Source: Felis catus (taxonomy: Eukaryota). Taken from it: a DNA stretch of 64,000 nt. The stretch spans positions 223,574,001-223,638,000 of the forward strand of contig NC_058368.1 of the NCBI RefSeq assembly GCF_018350175.1, given 5' to 3'. Numbering within the stretch: the stretch's first letter is position 1; each line of letters opens with the position of its first letter. Both the position numbers and the translations under genes were made by a program. The notes under the pieces were generated by a model, which saw only the letters and a program-made list of their open reading frames with translations, was not told the origin of the DNA and made no database searches. This document shows, one piece after another, positions 38,901-51,690 of the stretch.

Positions 38901-40072
38901 CTTAGAAATTAAAACATAACTTGATATAATGAATGAAAATGTGTATACATATGTGGGGCATGTGTATGTTATGTATGCACACATCTATCTCTGTTAATAT
39001 TTGAATAAATTTAAGTAATTGTACCAAATGTTTTCCAATTATAATTACAATATATATCAAATATATTGATATATCAAGTATGTAATCAGTTTACATAATA
39101 AATTGAACACCAATTTAAGAGCCCTTACCTCAAAGCAATAAGCTTGTAATACACTATTACATCCTCAAACAATAAGCTTGAAATACACTATTACATCCTT
39201 CTTTATTCCAACCAGAGCTCATCAATATTGAATTTTGTATTATTTTGTCCCTTTCTTTTCTTTATAGTTTTACCAAATATGTTTTGGACATTTATATTTC
39301 CATATATATGTATATAACTACATCTTTGGTACATGGATATTATATATTATAAATGGGTTAATATTATATTAACTTTTTTTTTAATCAATGCTATTATGAG
39401 ATCCATCCAGGTAAAGAAATACAGCCGAAGTTTTTTGTTTGTTTGTTTGTTTTTGCTTTTTTATCTTTACTGTGATGAAAAAATAAATCTTTTTTAATCT
39501 GTGCTTAAAAAGTCCAATGCATTTTGATTGTTTTCAGTTTTTATAACTTCATGTATTATTAATACTGCTGATATAACATATCCTGTACATGTTTCCTATT
39601 GTAAATATAAATCTTCTCAACATATGTAATTGGTGCACATACCAGGAGCATATAATATATTCTTCGAAGTATTCTCAAATGTTTTTCAAAGAGAGAATGT
39701 TTAACATGTTTATAATAAATACATATGATTGACCCAGAATTTATTATGCTTCTTTAATATATGAGTTGAAGTTCTTAATATTTTGTTTAATGCAGACAAA
39801 TTCCGCCCTAAAATATGTTTGCATTCAGTTCCAAAATTATATTAACTGTCCTAAAGTCTCAGCTTGTGTGTTACTTGAAATTGTAAACATTTAAGAAAAG
39901 ATGTTTTAATATCTTTCTATGAATCTGAACATACTTTAGGGAATTCTTTACTAAACACAAGGTAATAAAATATTAACCTATCTGTTCTTATATATTTAAA
40001 TTTAAGGTTTTATATTTTGTTCGGTGGTTTACTTTGAGTAGTATTTTATATATATGATAAGATGTAAGGGTT

Positions 40073-40304
40073 GGGGCGCCTGAGTGGCTTAGTTGGTTAA
40101 ATGTCTGACTCTTGTTTTCGGCTCAGGCCATGATTTCACAGTTTGTGAGTGAGTTCCAGCCCCTGGAACTCTGCACTGTTGGGTTCTGCACTGGCAGCAC
40201 AGAGACTGCTTGGGATTCCTTCTCTCTCCTCCTCTCTCTCTGCCTCTCCCCTGCTCACACACACCCTCTCTGTCTCTCAAAAATAAATAAACATAAAAAT
40301 AAAA
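40073..40304 (+). mobile_element. Can-SINE with internal hairpin-forming insertion
   Basis: SINE head and tail; TSD taagatgtaagggt. Confidence 0.9.
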
Positions 40305-40408
40305 GTCTAAGATGTAAGGGTCAAGTTTAATTTACTTCAAATATGAGTTTCCACTTGATCGACTATTTGTTATAGATGCTTTTATTTCTCTATTTAATAA
40401 TTGTGTCA

Positions 40409-40625
40409 GGGTGCCTGTGTGGTTCAGTCAGTTAAGCGTCTGACTTCAGCTCAGGTCATGATCTTATGGTTTATGGGTTCGAGCCTCACGTTGAGTTCTG
40501 TGCTGACAGATCAGAGCCTGGAGCTGGCTTCAGATTCTGTGTCTCCCTCTCTCTCTGCTCCTCCCCTGCTCATGCTTAGTCTCTCTCTCTCTCAAAAGTA
40601 AACATTAAAAAATAATAAAATAAAT
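40409..40625 (+). mobile_element. Can-SINE
   Basis: gggtgcctgtgtggttcagtcagttaagcgtctgacttcagctcaggtcatg. Confidence 0.92.
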
Positions 40626-41084
40626 AATCTGTTAATTTTGTCCACTAATAGCTGACCATTAATGTTTTGATTAATTTCTGGACTCTCTTTTGTATGTACC
40701 ATTAATCATATCAGCAGATAATGATATGATATGATATAATATAATGTAATATAAAACACACACACACATATATAGTCTTATGCTAATACCATGGTCTTGA
40801 TTATTGTGGCTAACCCTAACCCTAACCCAACACTTAAAATCAGAAAGTACGTTCAGCATCTTTCTTCTTTTTTCAAAATTGTTTGGGCTAACTTAGGACA
40901 TTTTCTTTTTCAGGTAAGTTTTAGAATCAGCTTATCAATTCTTCAACAATATAAGCTAGAATTTTTATTCATATTGCATTGAATCTGTAGTTCAAGTTTA
41001 GGAGAATGGATATCTCAAAATTATTGAGCCTTTTATCTATGAACATAATGTATGTTTCTAGTTAGTTATTTTTTTTTATTTAAA

Positions 41085-41110
41085 AGAAAAAATTTTAATG
41101 TTTATTTCTT

Positions 41111-41141
<31 letters not shown>

Positions 41142-41330
41142 CATGAGCATGAGCATGAGCATGAGCATGAGCAGGGGAGGGGCAGAGAGAGAGGGAGACA
41201 CAGAATCTGAAGGAGGCTCCAGGCTCCGAGCTGTCAGCACAGAGCCCAATGTTGGGCTTGAACTCACGGACCGTGAGATCATGACCTGAGCCAGAGTCAG
41301 ACGCTTAACTGACTGAGCCACTAGGGCACC
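41085..41330 (-). mobile_element. Can-SINE with (GAGCAT)5 expansion
   Basis: Antisense body; hexamer repeat at 41139-41173. Confidence 0.92.
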
Positions 41331-41690
41331 TCTATGTATTTTAAATTTATGTGACCAATATTTATAGGTTTTAGCATGCAGATATAGAGCATATTTTATG
41401 TGGTTATATTTTTTCACATTATATAAATTTGGTATTTGTTAAATGTTTATTTTAATTGTTATAGAAATAAATATAAACTAGTGGCAGTAGCTTTTTGTAG
41501 ATTAGTTGGTCTTTTCTACACGGATGTTCATCTGTGAAATATAGATTTGTTTCTCACTTTGCAATTGACATAACATTTATTTCTTTTTCTGTCTAGTTGC
41601 TTTCACATGATTCTCAGGAGAATTGCTGCAGGATGTATCCCTGCCTTTTTTCGCTTTCTCTGATCCTTAAGTTAAAACATTCATCTTTCA

Positions 41691-41897
41691 GGGAGTCCTG
41701 GTAGCTCAGTAGGTTGAGCGTCCGACTTTGGCTTAGGTCATGATCTCACAGCTCGTGAGTTCGAGCCCCACGTGGGGCTCTGTGCTGACAGCTCAGAGCC
41801 TGGAGCCTGTTTCGGATTCTGTGTCTCCCTCTCTCTGCCCCTTCCCCACCCATGCTCTGTCTCTCTCTGTCTTAAAAATAAATAAAACATTAAAAAA
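41691..41897 (+). mobile_element. Can-SINE
   Basis: gtgagttcgagccccacgtggggctctgtgctgacagctcagagcc. Confidence 0.92.
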
Positions 41898-43514
41898 GAA
41901 TCAATCTTTCCCTTATAAGTACGACAATTGTAGGTTTTGTTATACAATTATTCAGGTTGAGGAAACCTCTTCTCTTCTTAATCTACTGAGTGTTTTTTTT
42001 CCTTCTTAAAATCAAATACAGGTGTTATGTTTTGTTATCTCTTTTCTGCATCTATTGAAATAATTATGTGTGTGTGGTGAATGATATTCATTGATTTTTG
42101 AATGTTAAACAACTAGCCTTTCCCCCCTGGACTGTATCCCATGTGGTTATGATGAATGTAATATCAAAGCTGGAGGAGATCTTGGGAGCTTAGGCCTCTC
42201 TCTTCTCTCAGGAAGCATAGTTCTTCATTGTCTATTTTCAGTTCTATATTTTCAGTTCTATAGCCTCTATATAAGCAGGTTAGTCTGGTATCATTTGCTA
42301 TATCCTGGCCAAAATCCAAAGTTTACTTCCTGAATTTCTGTTTCAAATCCTGATAAACTTGTCTTTGTAATTATTTCATTTATTTAAATTATTATACCAA
42401 GTGATGTCAGATATGTGCATAATGGAATCAGGATTTGTGTAATTCAAGCTTAAGTTTTCCTAAGACTTGATACAAGTGATTTTAACTAACAACAACAACA
42501 ACAACAACAAAGAATTGTCATTTTGGACAAAAATAAGACTATTATAAAATTTCAGGGAGTTTCATTATAATGCTGCTGTGCTTAAAACTTCTTTGAACAT
42601 ATTTTCATGTGCTTCCTTCACTTGGAATAAATTCGGAGCCCATAAATGCTGCAGTGAGTGGGATTTCTTTCAAGAATGGTGAAGTTGAACCCCAAGCAGC
42701 AGATCTATGCTCAGAGATAAGGCCTTATCTGTACCTCACAGTTTAGAGATCGGTGAATGATTAGATATTTAGATATTTTAATACAAATATTTGAAATATA
42801 TACATATGATTTTCATTAATGATGTCGTATGTTAACAGATTTGCTGTAATTAACGAACCACTTTCATATTCTGATTGTATCTGATGAGGAAAAATTTATT
42901 ATCCTTTCATTGCTCACCCCCTTAAAAATGCAAAAGGATGGTCCATTCTATTAGTGAACTAATCAGAGTGGCATGTACATATCAGACTTTTCAAATAAAC
43001 TCACTGGATAGAATGGATTGTTCCTCAAGTCATGGAAAATTCTCTAAAAATCATAGTATCAAGTTTGCAATTGCACTGAAATATCCTACTCCAATACTTT
43101 CACTGAATCCCTATCTTCATGGAGGGCATTCTGCTCATGGAGTTGCATTTATATTGGCATTACATGAAGCATGGGTGATTTTTTATAGTGTAGTTTCTGC
43201 TGGAATGCAAATGTATAGGATTGCCAGCATGCTGTAAGTTTTGTTTCTGTTTTGTTTGCGATCTTCAGAAAGGATTCAGATGTGCGGTCTGCTCTCTCAG
43301 GATCAGTGCTCTAAAATTTACATGACATTGTTAATTGTTTCTCAGAAACACAATTTGGGAAGTCAAATCACGGATAACAGGTTAAGTAATCAAGGTATAG
43401 AAATAATAAACACCTTTACAAATTTCACGTGCCTAAAGAGTGCTGGAAAGGGGATTCATACTTAAATTCGTCTGATTCCAGTATATTTACTCTGCCATCA
43501 CAAGACTTAAAATT

Positions 43515-43845
43515 GAAGAAACAAGCAAAAACAGACACAGACTCCTAAATACAGAGAAAGAGCTGGTGGTTGCCAGAGAGGAAGAAGGTGTACGGGGTGG
43601 GATGGGTAGGCGATATAGGTGAAATGGATTAAAAAGTACAAACTTCCAATTATAAAATAAGTCTCAGGAGTGAAAATTCAAGCCCGAGGAATGTAACCAC
43701 TAATATCATCATAACTTTGTATGATGACAGATGGTAACTACAATTATCCTGGTGAGCAATTTGTAATATATATAATTGCCAAATCACTTTGATGTACGCC
43801 TGAAACTCATGTAATATTCTATGTCAATTATACATCAATTAAAAA
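43515..43845 (+). mobile_element. L1MA9-like 3' end
   Basis: acagagaaagagctggtggttgccagagagg...gtacaaacttccaattataaaataagtc...gacagatggtaacta...cctgaaactcatgtaatattctatgtcaattatacatcaattaaaaa. Confidence 0.85.
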
Positions 43846-45146
43846 CATCAATTTCTAGAAATAAAGCATGAAGACAAAAGTAATAATAGCAATAACAGAA
43901 ACGTTGCATTAAGAACTTCAGGAACATTATCTAATTTTTGCCAGAGAAAAATGCTTCTAACACACTTGAACATGTACACATTTTATAGGTACAGTTATTG
44001 TCATTTGAAGGGTAACATACTAACTCAAGGGCCATGGGAAATAAGAAAGAGGAACCCAAAGGCACCTGCCAGTTTGCTAATTTAGAATTAGCTAATTTTA
44101 TTATTGAGCAGAAAATACCAGAATGTACACAGGTAGGCTACAAGTGGCTACAAGACCATCATGTGTTTCCAGCCTCTAATTATATGGAATTAAAGGCATA
44201 GTTTTTACAAATCATCCGACATTTAGTAAATAGCAGTTATTCGATTTGCATCGGTAATGACAGTAAGCTTACTCCAATGTTCTGTTTCTCATATCTCTTC
44301 ATCAGTATCTCCTGTGGTTGCCGTGGCATGGCAGGGCACACAGGTCATTAGTCCCAACCACACTAAGCTTAGAATCCATTCAGCTTCCCCACAGAACACA
44401 ATCTGTCATTTGTCTGCTGCTGAACACTATGTTTTTCGCCATTAAGGAAAGGAATAGTAATTATGCATTGAATTAATAAAGCAATATTTGGTAAACATAG
44501 AGCCCATTCCCATCTAGAAGAGTGGAGTTTCCTGGACTCTGGTATGGAATGAGTGCAAGGCCATTCCAGTCCAGAGGACGTCGTGAACAAGACAGAGTGG
44601 GGACAGTGAGAAGGCAAAGGCTGAAAACAATCAGACACCTAACTCTTTTGCTGTAGGCTTTTCTCAAGATGTAGTCTTTCCAGAATCCTCTCCTATAAAA
44701 CAGTTGTTTTTATCCCTAACTACACTAAGCTTGCTTCTAATTCTGCCTTCTTGGAAAATGAGCAGAGAACTATTTATGCAGGGACAATTAAGGCTGCTGA
44801 TACTAATGATTAGAGCCAATAAAATTATTCTTGCCTCAGATTTCTAAAACAGATTGCTTTGGTCTGCTCTTAAAAGGTGAACAAGTACCTAGTTGGGAAA
44901 TAAAAGAATACAAGAGAAAAATCAGATATGACATCTAGAAAGTAAGAGAGATATTTACATAGTGACAATAGTGTAGCCACTGGTATCATATAATAAGCCT
45001 CGTAAATTGTAGAGCAAGGATTCTTTACTGTTCTCCTCCATACAAGTCTGAATAATCTTAGTAATTATAAATTTTAGGATCAGCTTTTAATTCTATGAAC
45101 ATTGGGATTTTCAATAGGTTACATTGAATATACACATCAATTTGCT

Positions 45147-45341
45147 TTTTGTTAAAGTTTATACTCTTTTGAGAGAGAGAGACCAGGGGAGGGGCCAAGA
45201 GAGAGGGAGAGAGGATCCCAAGCAGGCTCCATGCCATCAGCACAGAGCCTGACATGGGGCTTGATCCCACGAACCTTAAGATCACGACCTGAGCTAAAAT
45301 CAAAAGTCCACACGTAACCAACTGAGCCACCCAGGCACCCC
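45147..45341 (-). mobile_element. Can-SINE
   Basis: Antisense body; TSD aatat(a/g)cacatcaattt. Confidence 0.92.
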
Positions 45342-45867
45342 AATATGCACATCAATTTGGAAAGGTTGGTTTTGTGTTATTTTTGTCTCCCTAACCACAC
45401 ACGTGGTATAGCTCTTCATTTCTTTAGATCTTCTTTAATAAAGTCTAAATAAGTTAAATAAAATGCTTCAAAAGTGTTTGCATATAGGTCTTTCATTTAC
45501 TTTGTTAGATTTATTTCTAGTTTCCTTATAGCTTTGTTAATTAATTCTAGTTAGTTTTTCACTCTTAAGAATAATGTACGCTGTTGTTTTGTTGTTGTTA
45601 TTTGTTTAATGTACCCTTAATCAGTTGGAGAGGGCACATTTCCGTTTCTAGTTCACTGAGAGTTTTTGTTTTTTGTTTTTGTTGTGATTTGTTTGTTTTG
45701 TTTGTTTCATTGTGTTTATAATACATGGATATTGTGTTCTAAATCTTGGTTTTTCCATATGTGTTGAGGAGATTATGGGGGTTTTTTTTGTTCCTCTTTT
45801 AATTCATTAACTTTTTGAGTAATTTTTGTGCTTTTTAAAATGTCCTTCCTCATTTCTTCCTCTGCAT

Positions 45868-45921
45868 TTTCCTTCCTTCCTTCCTTCCTTCCTTCCTTCC
45901 TTCCTTCCTTCCTTCCTTCCT
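45868..45921. repeat. (TTCC)n microsatellite; (GATATA)n nearby at about 45974-46010
   Basis: Read directly. Confidence 0.92.
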
Positions 45922-46247
45922 TTGTTTCTTCTTTCCTTTAATGCTAAACTAAGCAACGTGGAACTAAATTGCCAGATATATAGATATAGATATAGATATA
46001 GATATAGATGTATATATATAAATTTTACACACCAGTGTCTTGTTTAGGCTGTTTATACCTAAAATCTCTTATCAGTGAGAGTGTCTGGGATTGATACCAA
46101 CATTTCACAAGCCATGGAAAACAAGCTTTAGGGTATTTCCTTCTTCCACTGTTTTCCTGGAAAGAGATGTGTAAGACTGCAATTGCCTGTTTCTTTAATT
46201 TTAGGTAAAATAATCTAGATGATGTTTTTCTCTTTAGAAAAAGTATT

Positions 46248-46424
46248 ATTTTTTTAACACTTGTTTATTTTTGAGAGGGGGGAAGGGTCAGAGAGAGAAG
46301 GAGAGAGAATCTGAAGTAGGCTCTGTGCTGTCAGTGCCGTGTGTCAACTCATATATCTTGAGATCATCACCTGAGCCGAAATCAAGAGCCAGATGTTTAA
46401 TGGACTGAGCCACCCAGGCACCCC
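46248..46424 (-). mobile_element. Can-SINE (cluster member 1)
   Basis: gagatcatcacctgagccgaaatcaagag...tgagccacccaggcacccc. Confidence 0.88.
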
Positions 46425-46433
46425 TAGAAAAAT

Positions 46434-46648
46434 ATTTATTTTTATTTTGAGAGAGAGAGAGAGGGAGAGAAGGCAGAGGGAGAGGAGCGGGGGGGGGGGG
46501 CGGCAGAGGGAGAAGGAGAGAAAGAATCTTCAGGAGGCTCCATCCCTAGTATGGAGCCTGACAGAGTACTTGATCTCAAGACCATGAGATCATGACTTGA
46601 GCCAAAATCAAGAGGTGGACGCTTAATAGGCTTAGCCACTCGGATCCT
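46434..46648 (-). mobile_element. Can-SINE (cluster member 2)
   Basis: gagatcatgacttgagccaaaatcaagagg; G-rich linker. Confidence 0.85.
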
Positions 46649-46756
46649 CAGAAATAATAATAATTATTATTATTATATAGTAATGTTAATTATTGTTATG
46701 TTAATAATGTTAATGTTAATAATGTAATATTATTATTATTATTATTATTATTAAAG

Positions 46757-46769
46757 CTTATTTATTCAT

Positions 46770-46808
<39 letters not shown>

Positions 46809-46975
46809 ACAGGCTGGGGAAGGGCATAGAGAAAGGGAAAGAGAGAGAATCCCAAGCAGGGTTTCTGCTGTCAGCACAGAGCCTGACATGGGGCTTGAAC
46901 TCAGGACCCATGAGATCATGACCTGGGCCAAAATCAAGAGTTGGATACTTAACTGACTGAGCCACACAGGTACCC
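46757..46975 (-). mobile_element. Can-SINE (cluster member 3)
   Basis: Long (GA)n, gagatcatgacctgggccaaaatcaagag. Confidence 0.9.
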
Positions 46976-47599
46976 TGAAAAATTATTTTTAAATGAAATT
47001 TGATTTTATTTAGTTATTGTGCTCCTCCTCAAATTTTCTATTCCTTTTAAAGCTACTTCTGGCACTTTTTATTCCATGCATGTTCTTACTATTTTCAGTA
47101 TCTTCTCTCTCTATATATGTATATCCATAACCCCTTTTTTCCAATATAGTTAGTTTCTGCCTTCTCATGTTCTGCTTTGATAATTTATACATATGTCTAG
47201 ACTTTGTTTTTTTTAGTAGTCCTTTTTTTACATGTATTAGTCTATTTTTTTTTATTTTGGAGTTTTTAAAGGTAATGACAAATATCAGCAATAAAATACA
47301 TATATTTAGTTTTCCGATTATTAATCCTGCATTTATAGCTCTAACATGTAAATAAAACCAAAAATTTGTCTTTTTCTTCCATCTCGGAATTAATAAACTT
47401 ACTAAAAAATGGGAAGATTTTTTAAAAAAATATGTGTTTAAGACATATTTTAGGGTATTAACTATAATATTTTTATATCTACCAGAGTTATATAATAATT
47501 CTATGGTAAGTTCTGAGTTAAATTATTATTTATTTCTCCCCAAATATGACTTAATATCACACACTGCATGCATTTTTTCTATACGAAGAAAATTATCCT

Positions 47600-47795
47600 G
47601 GGGCACCAGGTGGCTCAGTTGGTTAAGAGTCCAGCTGTTGATTTTGGCTCATGATCTCAGAATCATGAGATTGAGCCCCATGTTGGACTTCACACAAAGT
47701 GCTGAGCCTGCTTAAGATACTCTCTCTGTCTCCGCCCCTTTCCTGCTCATGCTCTTTCTCTCTCATTCAAATAAATAAATACACTTTAAACAAAA
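47600..47795 (+). mobile_element. Can-SINE
   Basis: ggggcaccaggtggctcagttggttaag; TSD gaagaaaattatc. Confidence 0.9.
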
Positions 47796-48265
47796 GAAGA
47801 AAATTATCATTTGTGTAAAGAAATTGTACTTTTTATTTTCCCCAAGTTTATTTAGATTTGAAACCCTGAACTTTTTAAACATTATGTATTTTTTTTTTTT
47901 ACCAACTGCGATGCTTTTCTTAGATTAATGATGAAACCAATTGTTCATCCCTCAGACTCTGACAGCATACAATGAATTCTGACAACTTTCTCCCACTCCA
48001 GTTCCTGAATAACATGTAATTTCCTTGATATGACAAAATATCATTTTAGCATGCATGTCATGCCTTGGTGTTCATTTTTCATTTTTCATTTTTCTGTAAG
48101 TTAATGAGTTCTCGCAAAGAGTGCCATCATAAAGTTGTCTTTTGCCAAAAGTCCTGTTGCAGCATATGGAGATGGCGACAAGCTACAATAGTAGGGAGAT
48201 TTGTTTTAACCCAAGCCTCCAAAGTGTGCATAGAAATACTAAATATATCCTTGTGTGTTTTGCAG

Positions 48266-48387
48266 ACAATCCTGGTTTGCTGAGCCATGTGACAGTGGGT
48301 ATTAGAGTTCTGGATGTCAATGACAATCCACCTGAACTTGCCAGGGAATATGATATTGTTGTCTGTGAAAATTCAAAGCCTGGCCAG
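48266..48387 (+). CDS. CDH18: Cadherin-18 internal coding exon (122 nt, phase 1 to 0): EC4/EC5 junction
   Basis: Acceptor tgttttgcag|AC and donor CAG|gtaagt. G+AC = Asp, then NPGLLSHVTVGIRVLDVNDNPPELAREYDIVVCENSKPGQ, with DVNDNPP and VCEN motifs. Confidence 0.96.
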
Positions 48388-48999
48388 GTAAGTTAATTGT
48401 TTCCTTCCTATCATTGAGATGGAAGAAAAACAAGCAGCTCTCTTTCTATTATTTTTATATATAATCCTCAAAATCCCTCAGTGTTATTTTTGGGCTCAGT
48501 GGAAATAATTTTATAAAGCTTTATTTTAAGTAACCAATAGATTTTTTTTTGAGAATCCTTGAAAATGAATTTTCTCCAGATCCCAAATGTTACTCAAAAA
48601 ATGAACTCATTCATCATATATCCATCATAGAATTATATTGGATGCTTTGGGTGAAGCCCTGTTATTAAATTAGGAGAAAACTGTGAACTTTCCAGTCCTA
48701 TTGATGCTGTGAGGCTAGATTACAGAGAAGGCACTGGTTGGTCTACTTTGGAGGGCCTGCAGGAGTGACATGTGTGTGACCATTGAGTAATATTGGTACC
48801 AAACGATGTTAGGTTTTAACCACACGAAGAGAATCTATGTATGAAGGGAGTACGGACAGTGGGGGAAGTTAAGAAGAGCTTGAACCTGGGTGGCCAGTCC
48901 GGAGGTAGCATGGCAACAGGCTAAAGGAGCACTGTGATTCTGAAGGGAGACCAGTGTGGCTGTGGCACATAAAGTAAGCAGAAGTCTGGCAGGCGATTA

Positions 49000-49561
49000 T
49001 ACATTTGGTTTTTTGTTTTCTGTTATATAGCAAAGTACACAAACTTAGCATCTTAAAACAACTCTTATTTATGACCTCAGAGTTTCTGTAGGTCAGATGT
49101 CTGTTCATGGCTTAGCTGGATCTTTTCAGGGTCTTTCCCAAGACTGGAATCAAGGTATCCATCAGGACCATGATCTTGCCTGAGGCTTGAGATCTCGTCT
49201 AAGCTCACCTGGTTATTGGAAGCGTGTAATTACTTTCAGCTACAGACCTCAGAGCTTCAGGATTTTCCTCAGCTCTTGAGTATTACCTGGAGTCTTGACA
49301 TGTTGCCCCCGGTTCTTGCTCCGTGGGCTTCCCTAATGTAGCCCATTTACTTCATCAAACAAGTAAGAAGAGATCTGCGAAGTCTGTTATCAATCAGTCT
49401 TATGAAATATAATGTAGTGCAAAACAATCAGGTGAATAATATATCAACATTTTTGCCATATCTGTTTCTCAGAGGCGAATCACAGGTCACATCCAGACTT
49501 CAAGGGGAAGGGATTACATGGAGGCATGAATTCCATGAGGAACACCTTAAAGTTTGTCACA
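49000..49561 (-). mobile_element. MLT1 (ERVL-MaLR) solo LTR
   Basis: cacaaacttagcatcttaaaacaac...agtttctgtaggtcaga...catggcttagctggatc...caaggggaagggattacatggaggcatgaat. Confidence 0.75.
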
Positions 49562-50481
49562 GGTGAATCCGGATAGAAAAGGTCTAGGGTCTAGGTCCAG
49601 CCGAGTCATTTGTTCCCCTTTATTGTCTTTGGTAAACCAGAATGACTCTAACTATATTGTCCAGACCTACTTTAAATCATTTTAAAGCTTGTCCTAAAAT
49701 TATACTACTGAGAAACTTTGCCTTTTTTTTCATAAGGCCCAATCAATACTGTGCAAAAGTAATCATTGCTTATGTTATCAATGCCCTCCTGAGAAGGTAT
49801 TTGTGTATATATAAATGAACAACTCTTTTTTCCATGTTCATGGACCACAAGAAAATTGGAAAATATGATAAGAACAAAATGGATGAAAAGTATATCCTGA
49901 AGTACTTACAGATTATATAATGTATTATATTTTAATCATATTATGTTATAATATAACAGTAATTAATATATTATATAATATATAGATAATATTTTAAGAT
50001 GATCACTTCAGATAGTTAGGTATTTGTCTATATCACCATTTCAAAAACAGCAAGGAATTTTATGGTACAGATATATAATGATTTATTTACTAAACCCTAT
50101 TCATTGTGTCAGAAGTGGGTGCACGCATCCTAAAATTATTTTCTTAACATTCATTATAAAAGTACAATTAATAAGAAAAATGTTAAACTTTCAAGGGGAA
50201 ATTTTAGATTGTAAAAGATAAAGCCACTGAATGTGGACTCTCAGTTCTTGGTAACAGAAGATTAGCCATTCCTGAAGTGAAGATTAGGCGAGCAGGAATT
50301 AAAACTACAATAAGAATCTGTATTCCCAATACTGTACTCTAGTTTTGTAAGATGTTCCTAGTTGGGAAAACTGGGTACATAGCATCTCTCTGTGTTTCTT
50401 AGAACTGTATATGAATATGTGACTACCAAAAAAAAAATAGAAAATTTAAAGTAAAAATATTTTAAAAGATATATATATATA

Positions 50482-50688
50482 TTTTTTATTTTTTTAACCT
50501 GTATTCACTTTTGAGAGACAGAGTGTGAGTGGGAGAAGGGTAAAGAGAGAGAGGAAGACAGAATGAAGCAGGCTCCAGGCTCTAAGCTGTCAGCATAGAG
50601 CCTGATGTGGGGCTTGAACTCATGGACCATGAGATCATGTCCTGGGCCGAAGTCGGACGCTTAACAGACTGAGCCACCCAGGCACCCC
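50482..50688 (-). mobile_element. Can-SINE
   Basis: Ends ...gactgagccacccaggcacccc. Confidence 0.92.
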
Positions 50689-51483
50689 TAAAAGATAACT
50701 TTAAAAGAATAATACCAAAAGCTAATTTTTGAACAAGAAAGATAAAACCCAGAAAACAATGAAAAGATAATTCCCAACAGTGGCAAAATAATAACTGACA
50801 GGCATGCATTCTTTTTTCTACCAAAAATATCCCTCAGAAATAAAGACAGGAAAAACTCATAGTTAGGACAACAAAATGTGAAAATCCCATCTTATAAGAC
50901 ACAGTCTCAGAATTATATTGGTTAAAAACAGGAAAATAATTATACTGGTAAGTTTAAGTCACAAGGAACCTCCAAGACAAAATCAATCAGTAAATATATT
51001 CGTAAAAACTCAGTTATCAATGAATGAATAGAAATCAAAAGAACATTTTCTGGAGTTTAAAATATGCATCATACACATGGCAACAAGGGATCATAAGTGA
51101 GAAAGACACATAAAGTTAAAATATTCTAAACTCCTTAAATTTGGGATCCTTAAATTTTGAGAAATTGATAAACTACGATTTTATAATAGATTTTAGCATG
51201 TCCACAGTGCATGCTCTAACCTCTAGATTAACTAATAAAAATAGTAAAAGAACATGTAACCAAATTGTAATAAAGATACTTAATACTAAAGACAGCAATG
51301 TTTACATTTCTATTTCTTGATCCTAACTGTATTCATGAAAACATTTGTTCACTTTAAAATAGATCGTACACTTGCCAAATTGTTGCAGGTGATTTTATCC
51401 TGCTGGATTATATTTTACAGTACAAAAATATAGGGAAAATAAAATTTTCATATAGGAGCTATTTTCAAGGATTCTAGGAGTCT

Positions 51484-51690
51484 ATTTTATTTTTTTCATG
51501 TTTATTTATTTTTGACAGAGAGAGGCACACAGTTGAGAGTGGGTGACAGCAAGGGGTAGAGAGAGGGGGAGACAGAATCCCAAGCAGCGTCCTCCTCTGT
51601 CCTAGTGGACCAAACTCACAAAGTGTGACGTCATTACCTGAGCCAAAACCAAGAGTCAGATGCTGAACTGACTGAGCCACACAGGTGCCC
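51484..51690 (-). mobile_element. Can-SINE
   Basis: cctgagccaaaaccaagagtcagatgctgaactgactgagccacacaggtgcccc. Confidence 0.88.

Larger units (their letters stand above)
39150..42160 (-). mobile_element. Degraded old L1M antisense fragments interrupted by four SINEs
   Basis: gtcttgattattgt...ttcttttttcaaaattgtttgggcta...ttttagaatcagcttatcaattc...ttgcattgaatctgtag; ttttctgcatctattgaaataattatg. Confidence 0.6.
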
